Shown: positions 1 to 13,338, counted from the first letter of the stretch. The stretch: DNA of 64,000 nucleotides from Candidatus Undivivens industriae (GCA_012514745.1 JAAYZR010000031.1:1371-65370), one strand, 5' to 3'. Numbers and translations are program-made. Notes: generated from the sequence alone by a model not told the origin.

Positions 1-406
1 GCAGGCGGGCATTATTTTTAATATCGTCTTCTTTATTGTTATTGCCTCGGTTCTTATCCAGGGGACATCCATTCCGGTCGTTGCGAAGTTACTTAGATTG
101 GATCTTCCCTGGGCTAATAAAACGCGGTATCCTATCGAATTCGAAAAAACAGAAGGTATTGATGCGAAACTTAATGATTTAATCGTGCCTTATAACTCGG
201 AAGCCATCGGCAAGGCTATCCGCGAGCTGAACGTTCCCGAAAAATGCCTGATTATGCTTATTTCCAGAAATGATAGATTTGTTATTCCGTCCGGTTCTAC
301 AGTGATACAAGGTGGAGATGTGTTGTTGGTATTGGCTAATGCGGAAGATTTATCGGCTTTGAATAATACAGTAGCTCATATTAAAAAAGAGGAAAGCGGC
401 AGTTAG
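1..406 (+). CDS. K+/H+ antiporter (CvrA/NhaP2 type), C-terminal part with TrkA-C domain; 5' truncated by window edge
   Basis: Frame 2 is open from the window start (IIFNIVFFIVIASVLIQGTSIP), followed by a TrkA-C-like IPSGSTVIQGGDVL segment. Confidence 0.85.
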   Translation, partial: QAGIIFNIVFFIVIASVLIQGTSIPVVAKLLRLDLPWANKTRYPIEFEKTEGIDAKLNDLIVPYNSEAIGKAIRELNVPEKCLIMLISRNDRFVIPSGSTVIQGGDVLLVLANAEDLSALNNTVAHIKKEESGS

Positions 407-417
407 AGGGTGGATCT

Positions 418-954
418 ATGTTACCCGTTGGGCCTTTACTGATTGAGCATAGGCTTATAGAGCGTATGATCGCTCTTATGGCTAAGGAAACGCGGAGGAT
501 CGAACAAAGTCTTGATCCGGATACGGAATTTATCCGGACAGCGATTGATTTTATAAAGACATATGCGGATCGTCTCCATCACGGCAAGGAAGAAGATATT
601 TTGTTCAGGGACTTGGCTAAAAAGCAATTATCGCAAGAGCATAAAAGGATTATGGATGAGCTTGTAAAAGAACACGCTCTCGCCAGAGAGAACACCGGAA
701 AGCTCGTTGAAGCCCGGAATAAATATCTCGCAGGAGAAAAAGGCTCGGTCAAGGTGATGATCGAGAATATGGAGATTCTCGCGAAATTCTACCCCAAGCA
801 TATTGAGAAAGAGGATAAACATTTCTTTATACCGGCGATGAATTATTTTTCCAAAGACGAACAATCCGCCATGTTGGCCGAGTTTAATGACTTTGACCGG
901 CAGTTTATTCATGCTACATATAATAATATTGTTTCGGAATGGGAGAAGAAATGA
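418..954 (+). CDS. Hemerythrin (HHE) domain protein
   Basis: EHRLI, HHGKEEDILF, EH and HIEKEDKHFF metal-ligand motifs. Confidence 0.9.
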   Translation: MLPVGPLLIEHRLIERMIALMAKETRRIEQSLDPDTEFIRTAIDFIKTYADRLHHGKEEDILFRDLAKKQLSQEHKRIMDELVKEHALARENTGKLVEARNKYLAGEKGSVKVMIENMEILAKFYPKHIEKEDKHFFIPAMNYFSKDEQSAMLAEFNDFDRQFIHATYNNIVSEWEKK

Positions 955-1277
955 GTAGAAACAAGTTACTGGCAAAGGCATTCGTTCTGGCGGATTTACT
1001 TGAGTATCAGGCTGATTCGGTCGTCAGCCAAGAGATCGTGAAAAAGGATACTGGGACCATCACTTTATTCGCTTTTGACAAGGGACAAGGATTAAGCGAA
1101 CATACGGCTCCGTTTGACGCTTTGGCGTATATTGCTGACGGCCGGGCGGAAATTAAGATTTCCGGGAATCCCTCTATCGTAAAAAAAGGCGGGATGATCA
1201 TTATGCCTGCCAATAAACCCCATGCTTTGAAAGCAGTGCAGAAATTCAAGATGCTCTTGGTTATGCTCAAGAGTTAA
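951..1277 (+). CDS. Cupin domain protein
   Basis: [13 protein letters not shown] and MPANKPHAL motifs; ATG overlaps the upstream stop (ATGA). Confidence 0.9.
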   Translation: MSRNKLLAKAFVLADLLEYQADSVVSQEIVKKDTGTITLFAFDKGQGLSEHTAPFDALAYIADGRAEIKISGNPSIVKKGGMIIMPANKPHALKAVQKFKMLLVMLKS

Positions 1278-1282
1278 ACACG

Positions 1283-1621
1283 ATGATAAAAATAAAAAGA
1301 GTTTACGAGGCTCCTGCAAATAACGATGGTTTTAGAGTCCTCGTGGATAGATTATGGCCGAGAGGCGTGAGCAAAGAGAAAGCAGAAATCGATCTTTGGC
1401 TAAAAGATATTGCCCCAAGCGACAGCTTAAGGAAATGGTTTGCCCATGATGCGGCAAAATGGGCTATATTTAAGCAGAAGTATTTTTCGGAGTTGGGGAA
1501 TAAAAAAGATCTTATCGGCGAAATTAAGAGGAGAGCGAAAGACGGCGTGACGCTGTTGTATGCCGCTAAAGACGAACAGCATAATAATGCACAGGCATTA
1601 AAAGAATATATTGAAACATAA
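1283..1621 (+). CDS. DUF488 / YeaO family protein
   Basis: [33 protein letters not shown] and HNNA motifs. Confidence 0.92.
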   Translation: MIKIKRVYEAPANNDGFRVLVDRLWPRGVSKEKAEIDLWLKDIAPSDSLRKWFAHDAAKWAIFKQKYFSELGNKKDLIGEIKRRAKDGVTLLYAAKDEQHNNAQALKEYIET

Positions 1622-2115
1622 TAGTGAAAAAGTATGCGTTGTCATAAACATTTTAGGTCTTGACCAAGAAACAAAAAAGATGGCCGCAACCACTCGGTTG
1701 CGATTGAAGGACAAGCCTTTTCTGACCTATCTGATCCATCGAGTTTTTAGCAATCTTTTTACTGTGACATGCTGCGGTATCTTAGTGTGACACGATTTCA
1801 GTCATCCCCGCAATACAGCCTTTACAGATTGCGAATTGGATTGACAAATTTGTAAAGCCGGATTAAACAGTTGAGCAAGAAGCGCCCTGATAGAACATCA
1901 GATTAAACGGCGGCGGTAGGCTGATCATTAGGTTGCGCACCTCATGAAGCCATTGATCACATTTCTTGTTTTGAGCATATAAAGCCTCCCAAGGTATTAC
2001 TTATCCCGTATATCCTTTGGGTAAGCTTTGCCGTTATTCTTAATGGGGCGTTTGCTTTATTGAATTAAGTTCCGGGGACGTACAAGACACAATTCACCGG
2101 TGAAAGGGATGTGCG

Positions 2116-2643
2116 GTGCAGATAGACACAGAGCGGTTATGTATCCTGCCGTTCACGCTCGATCTTATCGACGCGGCGGAACGGAATGATCCGACTATGT
2201 ATGAACGGCTGCGCATCGTGCCGGACCGTGAATGGCCGGAGCCTGACCTCAAGAACGCGCTGCCGGTCTTTCGTGCCGAGATCGCGCGCGAGGGGGTCAC
2301 GGGTTTCGGCCCCTGGATCATTCTGGGCCGGCAGCGGGAGATCGTCGGGAGTGCCGGGTTTCTGGGCAAGCCGCAGGACGGGGTCGTCGAGATCGGGTTC
2401 GGTATACTCTTGGGAAAGCGGCGCAACGGGTATTGTGCGGAGGCTATTTCGGCGTTGATCAACTGGGGCAGGGGTCAGCCCGCGGTCCGTCGGATCATCG
2501 CGCGCTGTGAAAAAAATAATCCGGCGTCGCGTCATGCGTTGGCGAAGATCGGATTTACACTGGTACGGGAAGACGGCGATTTGTTGGAGTGGGTGTTCGC
2601 CGAAAAAAACGTTGACAGTCATCTAAAAGGGGAAGGTGGATGA
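2116..2643 (+). CDS. GNAT N-acetyltransferase (RimJ/RimL family)
   Basis: IDTERL, VEIGFGI, RNGYCAEA and NPASRHALAKIGF motifs. Confidence 0.88.
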   Translation: MQIDTERLCILPFTLDLIDAAERNDPTMYERLRIVPDREWPEPDLKNALPVFRAEIAREGVTGFGPWIILGRQREIVGSAGFLGKPQDGVVEIGFGILLGKRRNGYCAEAISALINWGRGQPAVRRIIARCEKNNPASRHALAKIGFTLVREDGDLLEWVFAEKNVDSHLKGEGG

Positions 2644-2762
2644 TCAATCAATGAGTGTCCCCGAAAAAGTAAAGTGACGGTCACCTTTATCTTTTCTGCT
2701 CTCTTTGGGGTGATGAATATTCCCATTGTTTTTTGTTTAGGTATAATGAGACTTAAAAATGA

Positions 2763-2885
2763 GGAGCGGAAGGTGTTGGAAAGGAATATTCTGAAAAAGG
2801 GGAATTAACGGCTGAAGTGGTTTATAAAGATGGGAATAAGATTGACAAAAATGAAAAGAAGGAAAACTCGGTCAACAAAAACTAG
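2763..2885 (+). pseudogene. Remnant of a MORN2/YwqK-type repeat protein
   Basis: Reads EGVGKEYSEKGELTAEVVYKDGNKID; an in-frame TGA lies immediately upstream and there is no start codon. Confidence 0.55.
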
Positions 2886-3016
2886 TTAATTGTATCAAAC
2901 GGGTTCTAACTTGGTCCACCCATCGACCCCATATTTAACTCTCAAGCGAACCGAGGCTCTTGCGGGCCGCAAGAGCGTGAGGGTTTTAATTCCAAGATAA
3001 ATAGAGAGGGGGGTAA

Positions 3017-3715
3017 ATGAAATATCTAATAATCGCAGGGTTTATTACGTGCCTGGCAGTCGCTTTTATTTGCGGCGGGACGTTAGCACAAGGAGGAAAG
3101 CCGATGAAAGTTGATAACAATGCTGTATATGAATTACCGCCGTTACCTTATCCGCCGGAGGCATTGGAGCCGGTAATTTCCGCCAATACTTTGAGCTTTC
3201 ATTACGGCAAACATCACAAGGGATATGTTGATAATTTGAATAAGCTTATAGCAGGAAGCGAGTTGGCCGGACTGTCCCTGGAGAACATTATTACCGAGAC
3301 CGCCGGTAAAACGGACAAAGCAGCGATCTTCAACAATGCCGCCCAGGTATGGAACCATAGCTTTTATTGGAAGTGCCTGATTCCCGGAGGAAGTTCAATC
3401 CCGGCGGCATTACAAGCAAGAATCGAAGAGTCATTCGGCAGTGTTGAGGCCTGTAAAAAGGAATTAAGCGCCGCGGCTGTCAGCCAATTCGGCAGCGGTT
3501 GGGCCTGGCTTGTGCTGGATGGAGAGAAGCTTAAGGTCATTAAGACCGCTAATGCCGATTCACCGTTAACCAGGGGAATGAAGCCGTTATTGACTATTGA
3601 TGTCTGGGAGCATGCCTATTATCTGGATTATCAGAACCGCCGTCCGGAGCATGTCAACGCCATAATTGAGAAATTGCTTAACTGGGAATTTGCGGCAGCC
3701 AACCTGGGTAAATAA
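3017..3715 (+). CDS. sodB: Fe superoxide dismutase with N-terminal signal-like peptide; alternative start at 3104
   Basis: [24 protein letters not shown] and DVWEHAYY motifs. Confidence 0.93.
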   Translation: MKYLIIAGFITCLAVAFICGGTLAQGGKPMKVDNNAVYELPPLPYPPEALEPVISANTLSFHYGKHHKGYVDNLNKLIAGSELAGLSLENIITETAGKTDKAAIFNNAAQVWNHSFYWKCLIPGGSSIPAALQARIEESFGSVEACKKELSAAAVSQFGSGWAWLVLDGEKLKVIKTANADSPLTRGMKPLLTIDVWEHAYYLDYQNRRPEHVNAIIEKLLNWEFAAANLGK

Positions 3716-3780
3716 TATTTAGGGGAATGGGCGTTAGAAGCGCCGAAATCATTTCTTTTGAGCCTATTATAATCTTTTTA

Positions 3781-3844
3781 TCAACCCGCAGAAGTCCCCG
3801 GCTTTCAAGCCGGATTTAGCACCTTGGCTAATTGGAAAGCCAGG
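3781..3844. repeat. IS200/IS605-like left-end palindrome with the adjacent ccttggct..agcc hairpin
   Basis: gaagtccccggctttcaagccgg resembles 12421-12445; caccttggctaattggaaagcc resembles 53978-54003. Confidence 0.55.
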
Positions 3845-3928
3845 ATAATTAATTGACAATTATTTCTACCGCAAGAAATTCAATAAACCGTTTTTTTATA
3901 ATCCTATCGAAGAGTTAAGGCAGGCGAG

Positions 3929-5275
3929 ATGGCGCTTTTAGTCAAAGACAGGGTTTCCTCTACTGTTATACGCATGGCTGTTCCGATGTTAGCCGGGACA
4001 TTTGCCATGAACGCGTATAATTTGGTCGATACCTGGTTTGTGTCGCGGCTTGGTACCAACGCCCTGGCGGCAATGTCATTCACGTTCCCGGTTGTTATGC
4101 TTCTTGGTTTTATTATGCGCGGGCTGGGGACCGGGGCGATGACAGTAGTGGCGCATGCCTTAGGCAGGGGGAAACATAAGACCGCCGCGCGCATTACGAC
4201 GCATGCGGCTTTTTTGTCTTCAAGCGTAGCCGTAGCCTTAACAGTAATCGGGCTCTTGACGATCAAGCCGGTCTTTATGCGTTTGGGCGCAGAAGGGCAG
4301 ACCTTAGCGCTGACGCAGCAATATATGTCGATATGGTATTATGGGTTGCTTCCCAGGGTCTTGCATATGATGTTCGCCGATGTCATTATCGGTACCGGCC
4401 ACACTAAGGCAGTAAGTTTTCTTATGGTTTTTGGCACCGTGCTGAATTTTATCCTTGACCCTATTATGATCTTCGGGTTGTGGGGGTTCCCGAGCATGGG
4501 GATAAGGGGAGCGGCGCTGGCTACAGTTATTTCCGAAACTATCATATTGATCGCGGTATTCCTATTTGTCCATAGAAGGTATCACCTAATTGTTTTTGCT
4601 TCGCATTCGCTTGGCCGTATTGCGGCTTCCTGGCGCAGGATCCTGTATATCGGTGTCCCCACTACATTAAGCTCTGTCCTGGTCCCGTTATCCGCGATGA
4701 TCGTGATCAAGATAGTCTCCGGGTTTGGCGAGGCCGCGGTTGCCGCTGTCGGGGTTGCCAGCCGCATCGAGATGTTTGCGTTTATGGTCCCTATGACCGT
4801 AGGGATGTCCTTAGTCCCGTTTGTTGCGCAGAATTACGGGGCCGGGCGTTTTGACCGGATAAAGACTGTGCGCAAAGGTGCGATGCTTTTTGCGCTTAGT
4901 TTCGGTTTTATTATTGCAGCGGTTTTTTTGTTTGTCGCGCGGCCCCTGGGCAAACTGTTTTCTTCCGATCCCGAAGTGATCAATATCCTGGTACGCTACA
5001 TTTACATTACTTGTTTCGGCTATGGCTTCCTGGAAGTGCATCGTTATGCTACTTTCTGTTTTACCGGGATACATAAACCGCTTTTTTCCGCTTCGCTGAC
5101 CGCGATCCGCGTGGTTGTCTTGATGATACCTTTGGCCTATTTCGGCGCGAGGCTCTTTGGCATCAACGGTATTTTTTGGGGCAGGCTGTTGACAGATATA
5201 CTGTCCGCTGTTATAGGAATTATATGGACAGGCAGGATCATTAAGAAAGCCGCCGGCAATTCTTATGTTAAATAA
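3929..5275 (+). CDS. MATE family efflux transporter
   Basis: YNLVDTWFVSRLG, NFILDPIMIFG, GIRGAALAT and QNYGAG motifs; multi-pass hydrophobic pattern. Confidence 0.93.
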   Translation: MALLVKDRVSSTVIRMAVPMLAGTFAMNAYNLVDTWFVSRLGTNALAAMSFTFPVVMLLGFIMRGLGTGAMTVVAHALGRGKHKTAARITTHAAFLSSSVAVALTVIGLLTIKPVFMRLGAEGQTLALTQQYMSIWYYGLLPRVLHMMFADVIIGTGHTKAVSFLMVFGTVLNFILDPIMIFGLWGFPSMGIRGAALATVISETIILIAVFLFVHRRYHLIVFASHSLGRIAASWRRILYIGVPTTLSSVLVPLSAMIVIKIVSGFGEAAVAAVGVASRIEMFAFMVPMTVGMSLVPFVAQNYGAGRFDRIKTVRKGAMLFALSFGFIIAAVFLFVARPLGKLFSSDPEVINILVRYIYITCFGYGFLEVHRYATFCFTGIHKPLFSASLTAIRVVVLMIPLAYFGARLFGINGIFWGRLLTDILSAVIGIIWTGRIIKKAAGNSYVK

Positions 5276-6563
5276 AATGCGTGAACTTGATAAAAAATCC
5301 GTAATGACATATTGGAAATCTATCTTTATTTTCTGCTTCATTGCGCCGCTGTTCCTGCTTTCCCCGGCCGATTCCCAGGCCCGGGATACAGGTAAAATAG
5401 ATGTTGCCGATATGGATATGGGAAGGGCATTGCTGGATAAGTATAGTTTTATGGCCCAGCCTTACAGTTTCTATTACTTTCATAATATGGATAAACTGGG
5501 TTTTGAGTTGGACTGGGTGTATAGAAGAGGGGAAGTTTTTATCCTTAAAGAACCTAAGGAGATTTTTACGACAGGCTACACTTTTGGCGGCAAGCATTAT
5601 AGTCTGGAAGATTATTTTAAGAGAAATTTCGTCCTGGGGTTTCTGATCCTTCATGATGATCAGGTTATACTTGAGAAATATTTTCACGGGGCGCTTTCCC
5701 GATCGCGTTTTATCTCCAATTCAGTTGTTAAATCCTTTATATCTATTCTGATCGGTATCGCTGTCGAAGAAGGGAAGATAAAAAATGTTAACGACCCGGT
5801 TACGCAATATCTCCCTTATCTTGCAAACAGCGGTTTCAGGGAGGTTAGCATCAAGGACCTTTTACAGATGTCCTCCGGAGTCCAATGGGATGAAGAGGAT
5901 TATCTAAAGCCCGGCTGCGATTTTAATCGTTATGTGCCCGCCTGGCTGCGCGGAGAAACTTCTCTTAAGGATCTGGCGGTTTCCTGTAAGACTAAAGAGA
6001 AGCCCGGAGAACGGTTCCAATATAAAAGTATTGATACCGAAGTGTTGGGGCAGGTTCTCGAAGCGGCAACCGGAATGCCCTTAAATAAGTATTTAGAAGA
6101 GAAACTTTGGGGTAGAATCGGGGCAGAGAATAACGCGTTCTTTTGCCGCGGCAAGACGCAACCTCAAACTCCCGCCGCAGTCGGGTTTAACGCTACGCTT
6201 CGGGATTACGGACGATTTGGCCTGATGGTTATGAATAACGGGAAGCTGGCGAGCCAAAAATTTATAGATGAGAGATGGATACAGGATTCTACTACGCCGG
6301 CAGGCATATCCTGGCAGCCGCAATCTGCGGGGCCCAACGATGAGTTCTCGGAAAATATGGGTTATGGTTATCAATGGTGGCTGATACCCGGAGACGACCA
6401 TGTTTTTATGGCCCTCGGTATTTATGGACAGGCGATCTATATTAATCCCAAACGTCGGATTGTTATTGTGCAGTCCAGTGCCTGGCCTAATCCGGATAGC
6501 CAAGCCAATTGGGATGAAATGATCAAGGTTATGGAAACAATCGCCCGCAAAGTGAATCCCTAA
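5265..6563 (+). CDS. Secreted serine hydrolase, beta-lactamase class C / 6-aminohexanoate hydrolase family
   Basis: SVVK (SxxK), LLQMSSG, FQYKS, YGYQWW and GIYGQ motifs; signal-like N-terminus. Confidence 0.88.
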   Translation: MLNKMRELDKKSVMTYWKSIFIFCFIAPLFLLSPADSQARDTGKIDVADMDMGRALLDKYSFMAQPYSFYYFHNMDKLGFELDWVYRRGEVFILKEPKEIFTTGYTFGGKHYSLEDYFKRNFVLGFLILHDDQVILEKYFHGALSRSRFISNSVVKSFISILIGIAVEEGKIKNVNDPVTQYLPYLANSGFREVSIKDLLQMSSGVQWDEEDYLKPGCDFNRYVPAWLRGETSLKDLAVSCKTKEKPGERFQYKSIDTEVLGQVLEAATGMPLNKYLEEKLWGRIGAENNAFFCRGKTQPQTPAAVGFNATLRDYGRFGLMVMNNGKLASQKFIDERWIQDSTTPAGISWQPQSAGPNDEFSENMGYGYQWWLIPGDDHVFMALGIYGQAIYINPKRRIVIVQSSAWPNPDSQANWDEMIKVMETIARKVNP

Positions 6564-6577
6564 AAGAAAGGAATTTT

Positions 6578-7318
6578 ATGCTTTTCACTCATTTAGCGAG
6601 AAAATTAACCGTCGTTTTTGTTTATCTTTTAATGATTATTTCGGCCCAAGTTCACGCGGAAAATCTGACGCAAACAATCTGGGATGAAAATTACGGATTT
6701 TATCAAAAGATACTGGATCTGCCGTTTAACCAAAAGGTCTCGGACGGCACGCTTGATGAAAAAATATTCAAGAATTACATCATACAGGACTATATTTTTC
6801 TCCAGAACTTTAAAAAGGTTTACGGGATACTCTTGTCAAAAGCCCCGGACCGGAAGAGTTCGGCATTCATAACTGATTTGATGAAAGGGGTCGATGAAGA
6901 GATCGAAGCTGTGCATACGATATATTTTAAAAAATTCGGCGTGACGAAAGAGGAATTATCAGGCGTTCTTCCTAATCCAGGCACGGAACTTTATAATTCA
7001 TACCTGGTGGAAGTCGCTACACTGGAGCCGTTCCAGGTCGGATTGATCGCTACCTTGCCGTGCAATTGGATTTATTATCAGGTTGGGGTCGATATGAAGA
7101 AGAGGGGGCAGGCGGGCGGCAATAAATATCAGGAATGGATTGACGCGTACGGATCAGAGACTTGGGAGAAAAGTGATGCCAAGGCTTTTGTCGATCTGGT
7201 CGAGTCCTACATGAAGAATGCCGCGCCCGCGGACAGAGAAAAGATGAGACAGGCGTATGAAACCGCGATGAAGTTGGAATATATGTTTTGGGAAGAAGTT
7301 TACCGGCAGCCAATATAG
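6578..7318 (+). CDS. tenA: TenA / thiaminase II family protein with signal-like N-terminus
   Basis: YIIQDYIFL, LPCNWIY (catalytic Cys), YQEWIDAY and LEYMFW motifs. Confidence 0.87.
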   Translation: MLFTHLARKLTVVFVYLLMIISAQVHAENLTQTIWDENYGFYQKILDLPFNQKVSDGTLDEKIFKNYIIQDYIFLQNFKKVYGILLSKAPDRKSSAFITDLMKGVDEEIEAVHTIYFKKFGVTKEELSGVLPNPGTELYNSYLVEVATLEPFQVGLIATLPCNWIYYQVGVDMKKRGQAGGNKYQEWIDAYGSETWEKSDAKAFVDLVESYMKNAAPADREKMRQAYETAMKLEYMFWEEVYRQPI

Positions 7319-7426
7319 AGGCATGGAGCGGAAGTTCCGCGTTTATTTTACAAAGACTATTGTCTATCCTTCACGGTGTTCCGGCTCCAAGCATCTTCTG
7401 CGGCTGGTGGATAGAGAAAGGATGCC

Positions 7427-8494
7427 ATGATTAAAACCAGAATAATCTGCACGCTCGGACCGAATTCTTCGAGCCGGACAATACTCAGGAAGATGATGCT
7501 TGCGGGGATGGACGTGGGACGTCTGAATTTTTCCCATGGCAAAGCGCGGGAATTACTTCATAAAATAAGTCTCATCCGGGCTCTGAATTCCAAATACCGC
7601 AGGCGCATAAAACTTCTCGGGGATTTGCAGGGGCATCGCGTAAGGATAGGTGAACTCTCGGCTCCGCTGGAGCTTGATAAACGAAAAATATTCTGGCTTA
7701 CCCGGCAAAGAATAAAAGGGACTTCAGAGAAGGTATCTTTTGATTACCAGGGTCCGTTGAAGGCCATAAAAAACGGATATTTTATATTCATAGACGACGG
7801 GAATATATGCTTAGAGGTAATCGGCAGGACGAGAAACAGCCTGAAGACAAAAGTAATCGTCGGCGGATTGCTGAAAGCGCATAAAGGGGTAAATATCCCG
7901 CAGGCACGGCTTGAGTTCGGCGGCAAGCCGGAAGGCGGTGGTTTGGCTTCCGATAGCCAAAGCCATATCAGCCGGAAGGATGCGGAGGATATAATTTTCT
8001 GCGAAAAAAACGGCATTGAGTATATAGCGCAGTCATTCGTACGCACCGGCAAGGATATACTGGAGGTGAGAAAAATACTTGCTCCTGATTCGCGGTGCCG
8101 GATCATCGCTAAGATAGAGTGCCGGGAAGGCATAAAGAATATCGACGAAATAATCAAGGTCTCCGACGGAATTATGATAGCGCGGGGGGATATGGGGGTA
8201 TCGTTACCGATATACGAAATCCCCGTCATACAGAAGATAATCATCAAGAAATGCAACCGCGCGGGAAAATTTGTCATTACTGCCACGCAGATGCTTGAGA
8301 GCATGACCGAGAATCTCCGGCCTACGCGCGCGGAGACGACGGATGTGGCCAACGCAGTATTGGACGGGACGGATTTTGTGATGCTTTCCGCCGAAACCGC
8401 CACAGGCCGGTATCCGGTTGAGACAGTGGCTATGATGAACAATATCATCAAGTTTACCGAGAATTTTAAAAGGACGCAGAAGGCTTGTGGATAG
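7427..8494 (+). CDS. pyk: Pyruvate kinase, short form lacking the C-terminal allosteric domain
   Basis: [34 protein letters not shown] and [11 protein letters not shown] motifs; ends just after MLSAETA. Confidence 0.93.
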   Translation: MIKTRIICTLGPNSSSRTILRKMMLAGMDVGRLNFSHGKARELLHKISLIRALNSKYRRRIKLLGDLQGHRVRIGELSAPLELDKRKIFWLTRQRIKGTSEKVSFDYQGPLKAIKNGYFIFIDDGNICLEVIGRTRNSLKTKVIVGGLLKAHKGVNIPQARLEFGGKPEGGGLASDSQSHISRKDAEDIIFCEKNGIEYIAQSFVRTGKDILEVRKILAPDSRCRIIAKIECREGIKNIDEIIKVSDGIMIARGDMGVSLPIYEIPVIQKIIIKKCNRAGKFVITATQMLESMTENLRPTRAETTDVANAVLDGTDFVMLSAETATGRYPVETVAMMNNIIKFTENFKRTQKACG

Positions 8495-8637
8495 GAGGGT
8501 GTTTGCGGAGAGGACTTTAGCCAGAGGGGCTCCACTGACCATGGCCGCGCAAGCGGTTATAGGTCTTCTTATGTCTCTGTTCCCGTAAGAGTTAGCGCTG
8601 AACTTACAGGTCAAAAAGGTCAAAAAATGTATTATTA

Positions 8638-8666
8638 TTGACAAATAATTTAAATAGAGGTAAATT
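8638..8666 (+). promoter_or_regulatory. Sigma70-type promoter for nfnAB-gdhA
   Basis: TTGACA-17 bp-TAAATT in an AT-rich intergenic region. Confidence 0.55.
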
Positions 8667-8796
8667 AATATTTCTTATAAGCAAAATGCGGCAAAGAAGT
8701 TCGGGTTTATTTTACAAGGCCTCTTTTTTATGCCGATAGTGCCTGAAAAACAGGCAGAGCAGGAAAGTAAAGCGACTTTCTCACTCAAGGATAATT

Positions 8797-9621
8797 ATGA
8801 AGATAATAACTAAAGAAATTCTTGCGGATTGCCAGGGAACGCGGGTAGTAAAACTTACCGTTCACGCGCCGGATATCGCCGCTAAAGCCAGGGCAGGTCA
8901 ATTCGCGATGCTTATGGTCAAGGAAGAGGGGGAAAGGATCCCGCTTACTGTTGTAGAGACCGACCCGCAAAAAGGCACGATAACGCTTATTCTCCAGGAA
9001 ATAGGGTTGACCACAAAGTTCCTGGGCCGGATGGAACCCCGGGACTCGCTCTATTCTATTGTCGGTCCCCTGGGCCATCCCACGCATATAGCAAAATACG
9101 GCCGAGTAATACTTATAGGCGGGGGTGTGGGCATCGCGGAGATTTATCCGGTTGCCAGGGCGCTTAAAATCGCGGGCAATCAGGTAACTGCGATTATCGG
9201 CGCACGCACCAAAGAATTATTGATACTTGAACAGCAGCTAAAAGAAACTTGCGATGAATGCATCGTGATGACCGACGACGGCTCTTATGGCCGTAAAGGA
9301 TTCGTCACTGAAGCGCTCAAGGTGCTGCTCGATGCGGCGCGTTATGATTTAGTGTACGCAGTCGGGCCGGTGCCGATGATGCGCGCTGTCTCCGGGGTGG
9401 CTAAAACCGCGGGGGTCCGCGCGCTTGTTTCGCTTAACGCAATCATGGTTGACGGCACCGGCATGTGCGGCTGCTGCAGGGTAACGGTAGGCAAAGAGAC
9501 GAAGTTTAGCTGCGTTGACGGCCCGGAGTTCGATGCCGCCCTCGTTGATTGGCAGGAGTTATCAAACCGTAACAGTATTTATACTACGCACGAAAAACAT
9601 ATCTGTCGGCTTAAAGAGTAG
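8797..9621 (+). CDS. nfnA: Electron-bifurcating transhydrogenase subunit A (NfnA/SudB family)
   Basis: GERIPLT, GPLG, GGGVGIA and MVDGTGMCGCCRV..CVDGPEF motifs. Confidence 0.88.
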   Translation: MKIITKEILADCQGTRVVKLTVHAPDIAAKARAGQFAMLMVKEEGERIPLTVVETDPQKGTITLILQEIGLTTKFLGRMEPRDSLYSIVGPLGHPTHIAKYGRVILIGGGVGIAEIYPVARALKIAGNQVTAIIGARTKELLILEQQLKETCDECIVMTDDGSYGRKGFVTEALKVLLDAARYDLVYAVGPVPMMRAVSGVAKTAGVRALVSLNAIMVDGTGMCGCCRVTVGKETKFSCVDGPEFDAALVDWQELSNRNSIYTTHEKHICRLKE

Positions 9622-9635
9622 GGAGCAGGTCGGTA

Positions 9636-12410
<2,775 letters not shown>

Positions 12411-12411
<1 letters not shown>

Positions 12412-12515
12412 TCCCGCGCCCGGAAATCCCCGGCTTTCAAGAGGGATTTTTCCTGTATCTTACGACACGGGGTTAATTGAGAAAGAGACCCCGGGCTTTA
12501 ACCCGAAGGGCACCT
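12411..12515. repeat. Two IS605-like left-end palindromes directly after the gdhA stop
   Basis: atcccgcgcccggaaatccccggctttcaag and agagaccccgggctttaacccgaagggcacct resemble 53771-53816. Confidence 0.55.
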
Positions 12516-12648
12516 ATCTGATATTGCTTCTCTGATAATGAGGTGCCGCCGGTTAAGCAAGCTGGTTTTAGGTTAGAATGCGCGCATTTCCCGAACAAAC
12601 TTGTTTCTTCGTGGATGTGAAACCAGTTTCTTGAAAAAGGAGGGGACA

Positions 12649-13338
12649 ATGAAAGCGTGTTGCGCTGAGTTCTTCGGGACATTTTGGCTGGTTCTGGGAG
12701 GTTGTGGGAGCGCGGTCCTTGCCGCGGCATTTCCGGGTTTAGGTATCGGGCTGCTTGGTGTTTCTCTGGCGTTCGGCCTAACAGTATTAACAATGGCGTA
12801 TGCCGTCGGGCATATCTCGGGTTGTCATCTTAATCCGGCTGTTTCCATCGGATTATGGGCCGGCGGCCGTTTTCCGGCAAAAAAGCTGATACCTTACATT
12901 ATTGCCCAGGTCCTTGGCGGTATTGTCGCCGGAGGCGTTCTTTATGTGATCGCTACGGGAAAAGCCGGTTTTAGTCTCGCTTCCGGTTTTGCTTCCAATG
13001 GATATGGAGCGCATTCTCCCGGCGGGTATTCATTGCTGGCGGCATTGGTTACGGAAATAGTTATGACCATGGCTTTCTTGTTCATCATTATGGGCGCTAC
13101 GGATAAAAGGGCGCCGCAGGGTTTTGCTCCTATCGCCATCGGTCTGTGTTTGACTTTGATTCATTTGATCAGCATACCTGTTACCAATACATCGGTAAAC
13201 CCGGCGCGCAGTACCGGCGTAGCGTTGTTTGTCGGAGATTGGGCGATCGCGCAGCTTTGGTTATTCTGGGTAGCTCCGATAGCCGGAGCTTTAATCGGCG
13301 CCGTAGTATATCGCCTGGTAGGCCGGAAAGCTGAATAA
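12649..13338 (+). CDS. aqpZ: Aquaporin Z
   Basis: [10 protein letters not shown] and [11 protein letters not shown] motifs; SD aaggagg precedes ATG 12649. Confidence 0.96.
   Translation: MKACCAEFFGTFWLVLGGCGSAVLAAAFPGLGIGLLGVSLAFGLTVLTMAYAVGHISGCHLNPAVSIGLWAGGRFPAKKLIPYIIAQVLGGIVAGGVLYVIATGKAGFSLASGFASNGYGAHSPGGYSLLAALVTEIVMTMAFLFIIMGATDKRAPQGFAPIAIGLCLTLIHLISIPVTNTSVNPARSTGVALFVGDWAIAQLWLFWVAPIAGALIGAVVYRLVGRKAE

Noticed and set aside
1622-2060. Coding sequence in the AT-rich gap (minus-strand GGAGG-ATG MLKTRNV...)
   Set aside because: Stops after 16 codons; possibly a decayed gene, but no family is recognisable
2935-2992. Integron attC site (gctcttgcgg/ccgcaagagc palindrome)
   Set aside because: No convincing RYYYAAC/GTTRRRY boxes, no repeated attC sites and no integrase
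3781-8536. Composite transposon carrying MATE to pyk between IS605-like left and right ends
   Set aside because: The ends are degenerate and so common in the window that the pairing could be chance; the cargo includes a housekeeping gene
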